Source of the DNA: Mobula hypostoma
Lineage: Eukaryota
Assembly: GCF_963921235.1 (NCBI RefSeq)
Contig: NC_086124.1
Location: forward strand, 15,872,001-15,936,000
Length of the DNA: 64,000 nt
Direction: 5' to 3'
Below, in pieces: positions 23,560 through 35,751 of this stretch. Position 1 is the first letter of the stretch, and every line of letters begins with the position of its first letter. The notes under the pieces are model-generated. The model made no database searches. It was given only the letters and a program-made list of their open reading frames with translations, and was not told the origin of the DNA. The position numbers were made by a program, and so were the translations under genes.

Positions 23560-24975
23560 TCGAGCCCTTTAACTCTCTCTTTGACACACCGTTCATATCA
23601 GCATAGTCACCGCACAAACTATGGGCCCGGTGCACATTTCACATCACAGGTTTTCCTCTCCGCTCGCCTGTTATTTGTAGATTCCCAGCTCAGTAACATC
23701 TCAGCCGGTGGCAGAGCATTCCTAAGATTCACTACTCTCTAGCTACAAAAATTCCTCCTAGTCTCTGTTCAATGTCGAGTATGTGCCGTCTAATTCTGCA
23801 TACCCCCAACATAAGAAACATCCTCTCCACATCCACCCTATCAATTCCTTTCAATGAGACACCCCGAACCCACCCCCACCCCCCGCATTCTTCTATCTTA
23901 CAGTGAGTACAGGCCCAAAGTCGCCAAACGCTCCGTGTATGTTAACCCCTTCATTTCCGGAATCATCCCCGTGAACCTCCTCTGGCAACACATCCTTTCA
24001 AAGATATCGGGCCCAAATCTGTTGACAATTAAGTGCGGCCTTAGTAGTGTCTTATAAAGGCTCAGCAATATCTTCTTGTGTTTTTTTTTCTACTCCCCTT
24101 GACATAAATGCCAACATTGCATTTGTCTTCTTTACCACAGACTAAACCTGTAAATTAACCATCTGGGAGTCTTGTACGAGGAATCCCCAGTCCCTCTGAA
24201 CCTCTGATGTTTGAACCTTCTCCCAACTTAGATATTAGTCTGCACTATAAGAACATAAGAAATAGGAGCAGGAGTAGGCCATGAATACATTCATCGCTGA
24301 TCTGACCATGGACTCCTCTCCACCTACCTGCCTTTATCTCATAACCTTTGATTCCCCTACTATGCAACAAATGTTCCTTCTATTGTTCCTTTTACCAAAA
24401 TTCAGTATCATACATTTCCCAACACTATATTCCATCTGACATATCTTTGCCCATTCTCCAATATGTCTAAATCCTGCTGCAATTGCATTGCTTCCTCAGC
24501 ACTACCTGCCCCTCCACCTATCTCTGTATCTTCTGCAAACTTTCCAACAAAGCCATTATCCAACTCATTGACAAGCAATGTGAAAAGTAGCAGTCCCGAT
24601 GCTGGTCCCTAAGCAACACCACTAAACATTGGCATCCAACCAGAAAAAAATCTCTTTTATTACTACTCTGTCTCCTGCTTGTCAGCCATTTCTCCATCCA
24701 AGCCAGTATCTTTCCAGTAATATCATAGGATTTTATCTCATTAAGGAGCATCATGTGTGGCACTTATCAAATGCCTTCTGAAAATCCAGGTAAATGACAT
24801 CCACTGCCCCTCCTTTATCCATCCTGCTTGTTACTTCCTTGAAGAAATTGAACAGATTTGTCAGGCAAGATTCCCCTTGATGAAACCATGCTGACTTTGA
24901 CTTATTTTATCATTAGTCTCCAAGTTCCCGAAAACCTCATCCTTAATAATGGACTCCAACACTTTCCAAACCACT
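23560..24975 (-). mobile_element. CR1 ORF2 fragments, with a short younger CR1 tail inserted near 24245-24372
   Basis: ORF 24518-24763 (PH..LLNEIKSYDITGKILAWMEKWLTSRRQ) is CR1 RT; tail ataagaacataagaaataggagcagg. Confidence 0.7.
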
Positions 24976-25082
24976 GAGTGGATGAGAGAGGACCAGAGGA
25001 AAAAAAGATGGATGGAGGTGATACATAGGTGAGAAGAGGTAAGAGGCCAGAGTGAGGAATAGAAGATTAGATTATGGGAACA

Positions 25083-25946
25083 CTCAGTCCTCTTTTATTG
25101 TCATTTAGAAATGCATACATGTATGCCACAGCAAACAGCTGAGGCCAGTTCATTGGCTACATTTAAGAGGGAGTTAGATAAGGCCCTCGTGGCTAAAGGG
25201 ATCAGGGGGCATGGAGAGAAGACAGGTATAGGGTTCTGAGTTGGATGATCTGCCATGATCATACTGAATGGCAGTGCAGGCTCGAAGGGCCGAATGGCCT
25301 ACTTCTGCACCTATTTTCTATGTTTCTATGATACGATGTTTCTCCGGAGTGATATCACAGAAAACAGGACAAACCAAAGACTAACACTGAGAGAACCACA
25401 TAATTATAACATATAGTTACAGCAGTGCAAAACAATACCATAATTTGATGAAGAACAAACCATGGGCACGGTAAACAAAGTCTCAAAAGTCCCAGAGTCG
25501 ATCGACTCCCGAGTCCCCGCTAGCGGCGGCAAAAGGAAGAAACTCCGTCATAAACCTCCAGACACCGTCAACTTGCCGATGCCTTGGAAGCAGCCGACCA
25601 CAGCCGACACTGAGTCCGTCTGTCGGAAAACTTCGAGCTTCTGACCAGCCTCTCCAATACAGCTTCCCGAGCGCCATCGTCTGCTGGGTGCCTTTGACCT
25701 CGCCCCAGCCGCTGAAACACACAAAGCTGAGGATTTCGGGGCCTTCTGCTCCGGAGATTCCGGTTACCATACAGTAGCAGCAGCAGCAAAGCGGGCATTT
25801 CAGAAGTTTTCCAGATGTTCCTCCATACTCTCAAGTCTGTCTCCATCAAATCAGGATTGTGCACGGTCCCCTACTTGACAGATTTCAGACATCACCACCG
25901 AAGTGGCCACGTGCGCTGCCATCACGCCGCCATTTTCTCCTCCTCC
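25083..25946 (-). mobile_element. Non-autonomous retroelement with YY1-motif 5' end, interrupted by a CR1 3' fragment (~25125-25330, +)
   Basis: - strand starts GAGGAGGAGAAAATGGCGGCG, CpG-rich non-coding body, ends ...gacaataaaagaggactgagtg; 3' end copy at 38545-38626. Confidence 0.55.
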
Positions 25947-26144
25947 TGTAAGAGGGGAGATGGAGGGATTTTTTTTTTACCAGAAGGGGCAATTGGGATT
26001 CATGCCATCAGTTTATGAGACTCGTCAGACAGAATATGTTGCTCATCCACCCTGAGGGTAGCCTCATTGTGGTACAAGAGGAGGCCAGGGAACTGACATG
26101 TTGGAATGGGAATTGGAATCATAATTGAAATCTTGGGCCAGTTT

Positions 26145-27035
26145 GCTGCTGTAACATCACTCCACTAGTTGGCATATCTCACTCCTGTATGCCCTCTCAT
26201 CACCACCTGAGATTCTACCAATAACGGTTGTATCATCAGCAAATTTATAGATGGTATTTGAGCTATGTCTAGTCACATACTCATGGGTATAGAGAGAGTA
26301 GAGCAGTGGGTTAAGCACACACCCCTGACGTACGCCAGTGTTGGTCGTCAGCGAGGAGGAGATGTTATCACCAATTCGCACAGATTCTGATCTTCCAGTT
26401 AGGAAGTCCAGGATCCAATTGCAGAGGGAGGTACAGAGGTCCAGGTTCTGCAACTTCTTCATCTGGATTGTGCGAATGATGGTATTAAATGCTGAGCTAT
26501 ACTCGTTTACAGCATCCTGACATACCTGTAGTTGTTTGTGTTGTCCAGGTGGTCTAAAGCAGTGTGAAGAGCTATTGAGATTGCATCTGCCATTGACCTA
26601 TTGTGGTGATAGGCAAATTGCAATGGGTCCAGGTCCTTGCTGAGGCAGGAGTTCAGTCTAGTCATGACCATCCTTTCAAAGCATTTCATCACTGTAGATA
26701 TGAGTGCTACCGGGCGACAGTCATTAAGGCAGCTCACATTGTGCTTCTTTTGCACTGGTATAATTGTAGCCTTTTTGAAGCAAGTGGGAACTTCCACCAA
26801 TAGCAGTCAGAGGTTGAAAATGTCCTTGAATGCTCCCGCCAGTTGGTTGGCACAAGTTTTCAGAGCCTCACCAGGTACTCCATTGAGACCTTCAGCCTTG
26901 CGAAGGATCACTCTCGTTAAAGACAGCCTAACATCAGCCTCTGAGACAGGAATCACAGGGTCATCAGGTGCAGCGGGATCTTCACATTTGTAGTTATTTT
27001 CTCCCTTTCAAAGTGGGTATAGAAGGCACTGAGTT
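26145..27035 (-). mobile_element. Rex1/Babar LINE RT fragment
   Basis: [31 protein letters not shown] and [26 protein letters not shown] in ORFs 26507-26800 and 26157-26462. Confidence 0.85.
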
Positions 27036-28319
27036 CTAACTCTCTCTAGCTTTCAATACCTGTACCATGGGTAACATAGCTTGTCTATTTATCCAATCTA
27101 TTCCACATATCATTCTCCATACCTCTCATGTCACCTGTCTCCTTCACGACAGCAAAGTCAAACCAAGTTTCATTACATCACGTCTGTAGTGTGACGCCAA
27201 GAACTGCACACAATATTCCAAATGCGGCCGAACCAACTCATTATACATCTAAAACATGATGTCACAACACTTGTACTCAATTCTTTGGCTGATGAAAGCA
27301 GGCAGACCATACACCTTCTTCACAAGCCTGTCTGCCTGTGATGCTACTTTCAGGGACTGTGTAACAACACCTGAGGCATCTGCAAAGGTACTTCAATGGA
27401 CAAGGCACAGAGTGATATGGAATAAATGCAGGCAAGTGGGATAAGTATAGGTGAGCATGACAGTCAACACAGATGTGATGGGCTAAAGGGCCTGTTTCTG
27501 TGCTGTACAACTCTATGACTCCATGATACCCAACCGTTGCCTGCAGGGACTCTGGCTGCCTTGGACCTCAGCTCTGAGTTTGTCTCACTGAACCCCATGT
27601 CCTCTGAGATGATACAGGCAGCCTTATACTGTAATTGACCTGTCAGTTCTCTCCCTTAGTTTCCATCTGAACCTTTCCTATTGATTGTTGTACCTATCTC
27701 AGTGCCTTTTAAATATTGTAATTGTACCCACTTCTACCACTTCCTCTTGCAGCTGGTTCCAGCTACCCACCACCTTCTGTGTAAAAATGTTTCCCCCATG
27801 TTCCCTCTCTACTTAAATCTCTGCCCTCCAGTTTTAGATTCCCCACACCTGGAAAAATATTACTCACATCATCTATTTACTTATATCTGTTTCTGTAAGT
27901 GATTCTATACACTTACAGACTCACTTTGAAGGTCTCTACAAATCTGATAACCAGATTGATTGATTTGCAGAGTTTCTTTTGCACATGGGCTCTCTGTCAA
28001 TCTTTGTTTGTGTGTAGTTCTTCATTGCTTCTATTGTATTTCTTTGTTCTATTAGGAATGTCTGCAAGAAAACTGCAGCTGAGTATATGATGACATTCAT
28101 ACTTTGATAATAAGTTTACCTTGAACTTTTGAACTGAGGATTGGGAGATTGTTGACGGAGTAAAGGACTATCAAAGAACAGAGTCTGATATGGATCAGGT
28201 AGGAATGGAAGGAGCAAGCTTGGCTTAACTGTGGACATGGGAATATAGATATAGATGATAGACAGGAGAGCATGTCATACAAACTGGCATCAAAGTTAGC
28301 ACAATATCAGGGGCCAATC

Positions 28320-29305
28320 ACAAAACAAGAGAAAATCTGCAGATACTGGAAATCCAAGGAACACACACAAAATGTTGGAGGAACTTAGCAGGCCAGGCAG
28401 CACCTATGAAAAAAGAGTACAGTCAATGAAGTGTCGGAGGACCGCCGAGATCACGGCGGGGAGCAGTGAGGAAGGGTTTCACTGACCTTCCTTGTCCATT
28501 CATTCCAGCCCACTGATATCCCTCCTGGCACTTATCCTTGCAAGCAAAAAAAGTGCTACACCTCCACCCTCACTGCTACTCAGGGCCCTAAACAGTACTT
28601 ACACGTGAGGGGACACTTCACCTGTGAGTCTGTGGGGGTCATAGACTGTGTCCAGCGCTCCCAGTGTGACCTCCTGTATATCGATGAGACCCGACATAGA
28701 TTGAGCAACAGTTACGCCAAGCACCTATGCTGCATCCGCCAGAAGAGGCAGGATCTCCCGGTGGCTACCCATTTTAATTCCGCTTCCCATTCAGATATAT
28801 CAATCCATGGCCTCCTCAACTGTTGTGATAAGGCCACACTCAGGTTGAAGGAACAACGCCTTATATTCCATCTGGGTAGCCTCCAACCTGATGGCATGAA
28901 CATCGATTTCTTGAACTTCCAGTAATGCCACCTCCCCTTCACCATCCCCCATCCCCTTTTCCCTCTGTCACTTTATCTCCTTACCTGCCCGTCACCTCTC
29001 TGGTGCTCCTCCCGCCTTTTCTTTCTTCCATGGCCTTCTGTCCTCTTCTATCAGATCCCCCCTCTCCAGCCCAGCATCTCTTTCACCAATCAACTTCCCC
29101 GTTCTTTACTTTATCCTTCCCCGTTCAGTTTTCACCGATCAGCTTGTGTTTCTCTTTCCATGCCTCCCACCTTTTAAATCGACTCCTCATCTTTTCTTTC
29201 TCCAGTCCTGCCAAAGGGCCTCAGCCTGAAACGTTGACTGTTTACTTTTTTTCATAGATACTGCCTGGCCTGCTGAGTTCCTCCAGCACTTTGTGTGTGT
29301 TGCTT
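28320..29305 (+). mobile_element. Older-subfamily PLE with inverted 5' terminal arm
   Basis: GIY-YIG ORF 28605-28925; inverted tail 28322-28428; degenerate hammerhead 29203-29240; CAATATCAG(G/A)GGC on both sides. Confidence 0.85.
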
Positions 29306-29379
29306 CAATATCAGAGGCTGAATGGCCTGTACTCCTCTATGTCTGTTCTGTATTCCAAGAGCTCAAGAAGGGAATGTGA

Positions 29380-30030
29380 AATATCATAAGGAAGATTAAG
29401 AAAAATTCTAATAGTATTTTATACATATGTTTAAAAGAAGATTGTTTCTCTAGAGAACGTATACCTCTCAAGGATAAATGATGGAATTTCTGTATGAAGC
29501 CAGAGGATGTGGGTGAGATTATAAATGAGTACTTTCCATCTTTGTAACAGCAGACAGAATTGAATGCAGTCAAGTGTGAAGTGTTGTACTTCGGGAGGAC
29601 GGACCAGGGTAGGACTTACACAGTGAATGGTATAGCACTGAGGAGTGTGACGGAACAGAGTGATCTGGGAATACAGATGCATAATTCCTTTAAAGTGGCA
29701 CCACAGGTAAAGAGGGTTGTAAGGAGAGCTTCTGGTAGATTGGTCTTTATAAATTAAATGGTTGAGTGCAGGAGTTGGGATGTTATGTTGAAGTTTGTAA
29801 GACATTGGTGAGGCTAAATTAGCCGTTCTAATCACCTATCTACAGGAAAGATATCAATAAGATTGAAAGAGTACAGAGAAAAAGTGCAAGGATGTTGCAA
29901 GGATGTGAGGACCTGAGTTATAGGGAAAGGTTGAACAGGTTAGGACTTTAGAGTGTAGGAGAATGAGGGGAGATTTGACGGAATATACAAATTTATGAGG
30001 GGTATCGATAGGGTGAATGAATGCAGGCAT
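29380..30030 (+). mobile_element. CR1 ORF2 fragments
   Basis: NAVKCEVLYFGRT..YTVNG..L.SVTEQSDLGI motif. Confidence 0.7.
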
Positions 30031-30139
30031 TGTATTGTATTGTGACAAATGTGTTTGATCTTACAGCTATTGCAGGGACATGGTGACAGGCTGTCTGGGA
30101 CTGAGAACTCAGTATTTCAGCATATTCAGTGTTCCACAG

Positions 30140-30375
30140 CTATGCCATGGACGGTCCTCAGCCCAGTTGCAAAAGGAGCATTGGACAAGGGGCTAGTAAC
30201 CTCATCTTGTAAAAGCCCACAGCTACAGAAGCTCCAAGGACCTCAACCCTGGAAGAGAACGGATCCTCCACAAAGATGGCTTCACCTGAGTACCATGATA
30301 GACTGACTCAGGACAGAGGACTCTGGTGAGCTATTGTCAGTGGACTCTGTCACAGTAGGGGTGATGGCCTCAACT
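30140..30375 (+). mobile_element. Short bipartite RTE-derived non-autonomous element
   Basis: RTE 5'UTR-like GGGGCTAGTAACCTCATCTTGTAAAA (~30189) joined to an RTE 3'-end-like CAGGACAGAGGACTCTGG...GTAGGGGTGATGG; recognised from memory of RTE ends. Confidence 0.5.
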
Positions 30376-31578
30376 ACCTTACAATGTTCCACGCGGATTG
30401 GGACGGGGAAAGGAGGAGGGTGGCCTTGTTCATCATGTCGTGGTGAGGAGTTATATCAGGACAATGAACAGCCAGAGCCTCTGCACCCTTAGGTGTTACC
30501 TCTTTATGGGGTAAAACTAATTGGGCTGCAAGGTAGAGTGGAAGAGGAATTTGTGGAGTGGTCAGGGACTCTTTCTTATAGCAGTCTGTTACAGAACCTA
30601 ACCAGGAACAGGTCTCTTTAGTTGTAGCCTGCACAATGAGTTGAGATTAAATAACAAATCATCTGTGAAGGATCATTGGCGGAAAATTCCACCAGTACCC
30701 CCCCGCCACCCCAACGTGACACAGTTTAGACCATAAGACCGTAAGATATCGGAGGAGAATTAGGCCACTTGACTCATCGAGTCTGCTCTGCCATTTCATC
30801 ATGGCTGATCCAATTTTCCTCAGTCTCAATCTCCTGCCTTCTCCCCATATTGCTTCATGCCCTGCTCCATCAAGAATCGAGAAACCTTTGCCTTAAATAA
30901 AAATAAAGACTTAGCCACCACAGCTGCCTGTGGCAAAGAATTCCACCATAGGAAACATCCTCTCCACATCCAGTCTATCAAGGCCTTTCACCATTTGATT
31001 GGTTACAATGGGGTCACCCCTCATTCTTTTAAATTCCAGTGAATACAGGGCAAGAGTCATCAAACGCCCTTCATATGACAAGCCATTCAATACTCAAATC
31101 ATTTTTGTGTACCTCCTTTGATGGTGAACACATGTCCAGAAGCAATGTCGTCAACCTAAATAAGGCCAATTTCACAGATGTGAGGGTGTTGATGTCTGGA
31201 GTGGGTGTGGTAAATAGGCTCAGGGATCAGATCAGTAGATGAAGTAACAGATGAAGCAGACATTGGCTGCAATTAGACAGAGGGATCCAGGAGAAAGTTG
31301 AACATCTGTGGTCGACAAACAAGGTCAAGGGAAATATTAAATCAAAAACTAAAGCACAGAGGGTGACAAGGGCTAGAGGTAGACCAGCAGACTGAGAATC
31401 CATCAGGAACCAGCGGCGAGAGACTCAAAAGCTAAAACTAACAGGGAAATTGCAATAAATTAAATTCCGTACTGTCAATAGTGTTCATATCAGAAACATG
31501 ACAAACATCCCAAAAATAATATTTGGTTGACATTTCAACACTGCAATAGTCACCATCACGAGAGAGAAAAATAAGTAG

Positions 31579-33863
31579 AAACACGAGGAATTCTGATGAT
31601 GCTGGAAATTCAAGCAACACACATCAAAGTTGCTGGTGAACGCAGTAGGCCAGGCAGCATCTCCAGGAAAAGGTACAGTCGACGTTTTGGGCTGAGACCC
31701 TTCGTCAGGACTAACTGAAAGACGAGCTAGTAAAAGATTTGAAAGTGGGAGGGGGAGGGGGAGATCCAAAATGATAGGAGAAGACGGGAGGGGGAGGGAT
31801 GGAGCCAAGAGCTGGACAGTTCATTGGCAAAAGGGATATGACAGGATCATACGACAGGAGGCCCAGGGAGAAAGACAAGGGGGGGGGGACCCAGAGGATG
31901 GGCAAGGGATATAGTGAGAGGGACAGAGGGAGAAAAAGGAGAGAGAGAAAGAATGTGTGTATATACATAAATAATGGATGGGGTACGAGGGGGAGGTGGG
32001 GCATTAGCGGAAGTTTGAGAAGTCAATGTTCATGCCATCAGGTTGGAGGCTACCCAGACGGAATATAAGGTGTTGTTTCTCCAACCTGAGTGTAGCTTCA
32101 TCTTTACAGTAGAGGAGGCCGTGGATAGACATATCAGAATAGGAATGGGACGTGGAATTAAAATGTGTGGCCACTGGGAGATCTTGCTTTCTCTGGCGAA
32201 CCGAGCATAGGTGTTCAGTGAAGCGATCTCCCAGTCTGCGTCGTGTCTCGCCAATATATTGAAGGCCACATTGGGAGCACCGGACACAGTATGTCACCCC
32301 AGCCGACTCACAGGTGAAGTGTCGCCTCACCTGGAAGGACTGTTTGGGGCCCTGAATGGTGGTGAGGGAGGAAGTGTAAGGGCATGTGTAGCACTTGTCC
32401 TGCTTACAAAGATAAGTGCCAGGAGGGAGATCGGTGGGGAGGGATGGGGGGGGCGTGAATGGACAAGTGAGACACGTAGGGAGCGATCCCTGCAGAAAGC
32501 AGAGATGGGGCGGGGAGGGAAAGATGTGTTTAGTGGTGGGATCCCGTTGGAGGTGGTGGAAGTTACGGAGAATAATATGTTGGACCCGGAGGCTGGTGGG
32601 GTGATAGGTGAGGACAAGGAGAACCTTATTCCTAGTCAGATGGCGGGAGGATGGAGTGAAAGCAGATGTGTGTGAAATGGTGGAGATGCGTTTGAGAGCA
32701 GAGTTTATGGTGGAGAAAGGGAAGCTCCTTTCTTTAAAAAAGGAGGACATCTCCCTCGTCCTGGAAGGAAAAGCCTCATCCTGAAAGCAGATGCGGCGGA
32801 GATGGAGGAATTGCGAGAAGGGGATGACATTTTTGTAAGAGACAGGGTGAGAAGAGGAATAGTCCAGATAGCTGTGAGAGTCAGTAGGCTTATAGTAGAC
32901 ATCAGTAGATAAGCTGACTACAGAGACAGAGACAGAAAGATCTAGAAACTGGAGGGAGGTGTCGGAAATGGACCAGGTAAACTTGAGGGCAGGGTGAAAG
33001 TTGGGGGTAAAGTTAATGAAGTCAACAAGCTCAGCATGCGTGCAGGAAGCAGCGCCAATGCAGTCATCGATGTAGCAAAGGAAAAGTGGGGGACAGATAC
33101 CAGAATAGGCACGGAACATAGATTGTTCCACAAAGCCAACAAAAAGGCAGGCATAGCTAGGACCCATACGGGTGCCCATAGCTACACCTTTAGCTTGGAG
33201 GAAGTGGGAGGAGCCAAAGGAGAAATTATTAAGAGTAAGGACTAATTCCGCTAGACGGAGCAGAGTGGTGGTAGAGGGGAACTGGTTAGGTCTGCAATTC
33301 AAAAAGAAGCGGAGAGCTTTGAGACCTTCCTGATGGGGAATGGAAGTATACAGTATAGGGACTAGACATCCATGGTAAAAATAAAGCGGTGGGGGCCGGG
33401 GAACTTAAAATCATCGAAAAGTTTAAGAGCATGAGAAGTGTCACGAACATAGGTAGGAAGGGATTGAACAAGGGGAGATAAAACGGTGTCGAGGTATGCA
33501 GAAATGAGTTCCGTGGGGCAGGAGCAAGCTGAGACAATAGGTCTGCCAGGACAGGCAGGTTTGCGGATCTTGGGTAGGAGGTAGAAACGGGAAGTGCGGG
33601 GTGTGGGAACTATAAGGTTGGTAGCAGTGGATGGGAGATCCCTTGAGCGGATAAAGTCGGTGATGGTGTGGGAGACAATGGCCTGGTACTCCTTAGTGGG
33701 GTCATGATCGAGGGGTAAATAAGAGGAGGTATCCGCGAGTTGTTGCTGTGCGTCGGCAAGGTAGAGGTCAGTAGGCCAGACTACAAAAGCACCCCCCTTA
33801 TCAGCGGGTTTTATACTAAGGTTAGGATTAGTGCGGAGGGAGTGGAGAGCAGAGCGATCGGAA
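31579..33863 (-). mobile_element. Penelope-like element (Neptune-like), RT + GIY-YIG, 5'-truncated and frameshifted
   Basis: ORFs 33362-33976 and 32004-33302: IKPADKGG, FYLLPKI.K..PGRPIVS, FTMDV, GVAMGT, YIDD, Cys linker C..DKCYTC, GIY-YIG. Confidence 0.95.
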
Positions 33864-34563
33864 CTCCCAATGTGGCCTTCTATGTATTGGCGAGACCCAA
33901 CGCAGACTGGGAGATCGTTTTGCTGAACACCTACGCTCTGCCTGCCAGAGAAAGCAGGATCACCCAGTGGCCACACATTTTAATTCCACATCCCATTCCC
34001 ATTCTGACATGTCTATCCATGGCCTCCTCTACTGTAAAGATGAAGCCACACTCAGGTTGGAGGAACAACACCTTACATTCCGACTGGGTAGCCTCCAACC
34101 TGATGGCATGAACATTGACTTCTCTAACTTCCGCTAATGCCCCACCCCCCCCTCGTACCCCATCCGTTATTTATTTATATACACACATTCTTTCTCTCAC
34201 TCTCCTTTTTCTCCCTCTGTCCCTCTGACTATACCCCTTGCCCATCCTCTGGGTTCCCCCCACCTTTCTTTCTCCCTGGGCCTCCTGTCCCATGATCGTC
34301 TTATATCCCTTTTGCCACCCACCTGTCCAGCTCTTGGCTCCATCCCTCCCCCTCCTGTCTCCTCCTTTCATTTTGGATCTCCCCCTCCCCCTCCCACTTT
34401 CAAATCTCTTACTAGCTCTTCCTTCAGTTTGTCCTGACGAAGGGTCTCGGCCCGAAACGTCGACTGTACCTCTTCCTAGAGATGCTGCCTGGCCTGCTGC
34501 GTTCACCAGCAACTTTGATGTGTGTGGCTTGAATTTCCAGCATCTGCAGAATTCCTCATGTTT
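33864..34563 (+). mobile_element. Inverted PLE 3' segment (GIY-YIG end plus terminal repeat)
   Basis: Near-identical reverse complement of 31579-32278. Confidence 0.92.
34425..34466 (+). ncRNA. Minimal type I hammerhead ribozyme, intact core
   Basis: GTC-CTGACGA-A-GGG(TCTCGG)CCC-GAAA-C-GTC-GAC; predicted cleavage after C34461. Confidence 0.8.
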
Positions 34564-34764
34564 GCGTTCGGAAGGAGTAAGGGAGTAGTGGGTCTAAAAG
34601 CAAAACGTCACCAGGTCCCAACGAGCTGCACTCGATAATTTTACAGGAAATGCTTGGAGAGAAGGTGGAGATATAAGTTGATTTTTTTTCAAAACTCACT
34701 GTGTTCTAGGAAGGCCCCGGTGTCTCAAATGCGTCTCCATTGTTCGAGACAAATTCATCCCCAC

Positions 34765-34995
34765 TCCGGACCGTTGCCACGGAAACGACGTCAGTGAAGG
34801 ATCACCATCTATGACGTCAGCGCGCTCCCGGTAAGGAAAAGTCCGCCTTATCACGTGACTGTGAGGCAGTAGCCCGTGAGGTAGGAAAGAGGGAGCTGTC
34901 AATCAGAGTAGCCGCTGGGAACCTTATGAAAATCGTAAATAGCTCACTGAACTCTTCATGAAAACAAAGGGCGTCGCTGAAAAACATTTGTCAAA
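34765..34995 (-). promoter_or_regulatory. Promoter-like module, copy 1 (X-box, CRE x2, E-box, PBX/PKNOX decamer)
   Basis: GTTGCCACGGAAAC 34773-34786, CGACGTCA 34786-34793, TGACGTCA 34812-34819, TCACGTGA 34851-34858, CTGTCAATCA 34896-34905; strand inferred. Confidence 0.65.
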
Positions 34996-35540
34996 GTAAA
35001 TTTACTATCAAACTATGTATATGTCACCATATACGACCTTGAGATCCTTTCTTTGCAGGCAAGTGCAGGAAAATAAATGCAATAGAATTATGAAATCTAG
35101 AAATGACACGGATTGACAAACAACCAACGTGCAAATAATAAAAAAAAATACTGAGAGCATGAGTTGTTGAGAACTTGAAAGTGAGTCCGCATATTGTGGA
35201 ATCATTTCATTGAAGTTTTCTGTGTTTCAAAAGCATGATTGGAAGGAGGCTCCTGTATCTCCTTCCTGATGGCAGCAGCGAAAGGAGAACACGGCATAGA
35301 TCACGGACGTCCTTGATGATGGATGCTGCTTTCTTATGGCAGAACTCCTTGTAACTGTTTTCAATGATGGGGAGAGCTTTGCCTGGGATGAACTTGGCTG
35401 TATCCATCACTTTTTAGAGACCTCCATTCCAGGACATTGGTGTTTCCAGACCAGGCTATCATCCAACCAGACCAGGCTGTCATCCAGCCACTGTGAATCT
35501 GTATAAGTAGTCAAAGGTTTAGATGACATGCTGATTATCC
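34995..35540 (-). mobile_element. Rex1/Babar-like 3' fragment
   Basis: KKAASIIKD..LSLLPSGRRYRSL motif and gtaaatttactatcaaa tail. Confidence 0.7.
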
Positions 35541-35751
35541 TCCAAGATAGCTTGCTGATGCTACTTGGGAGAGTTTTGTACAGAAGTGGGAACCAAAGCA
35601 CCAGGTCAGCAAGGGAAGGATCAGAACAGAAGGTCGATGTTAGGGAAAGAATTGAAAGGCAAAATCAAAATAACAGGTATGATGGGTCAGATAGGTTGAA
35701 GACTGTGTATTTTAACAGTAGAAGTATTGTAGTTAAGGGTGATGCACTTAG

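Noticed and set aside
33864-33976. N-terminal part of ORF 33362-33976 as PLE protein
   Set aside because: It is read-through from the inverted arm across the junction at 33863.
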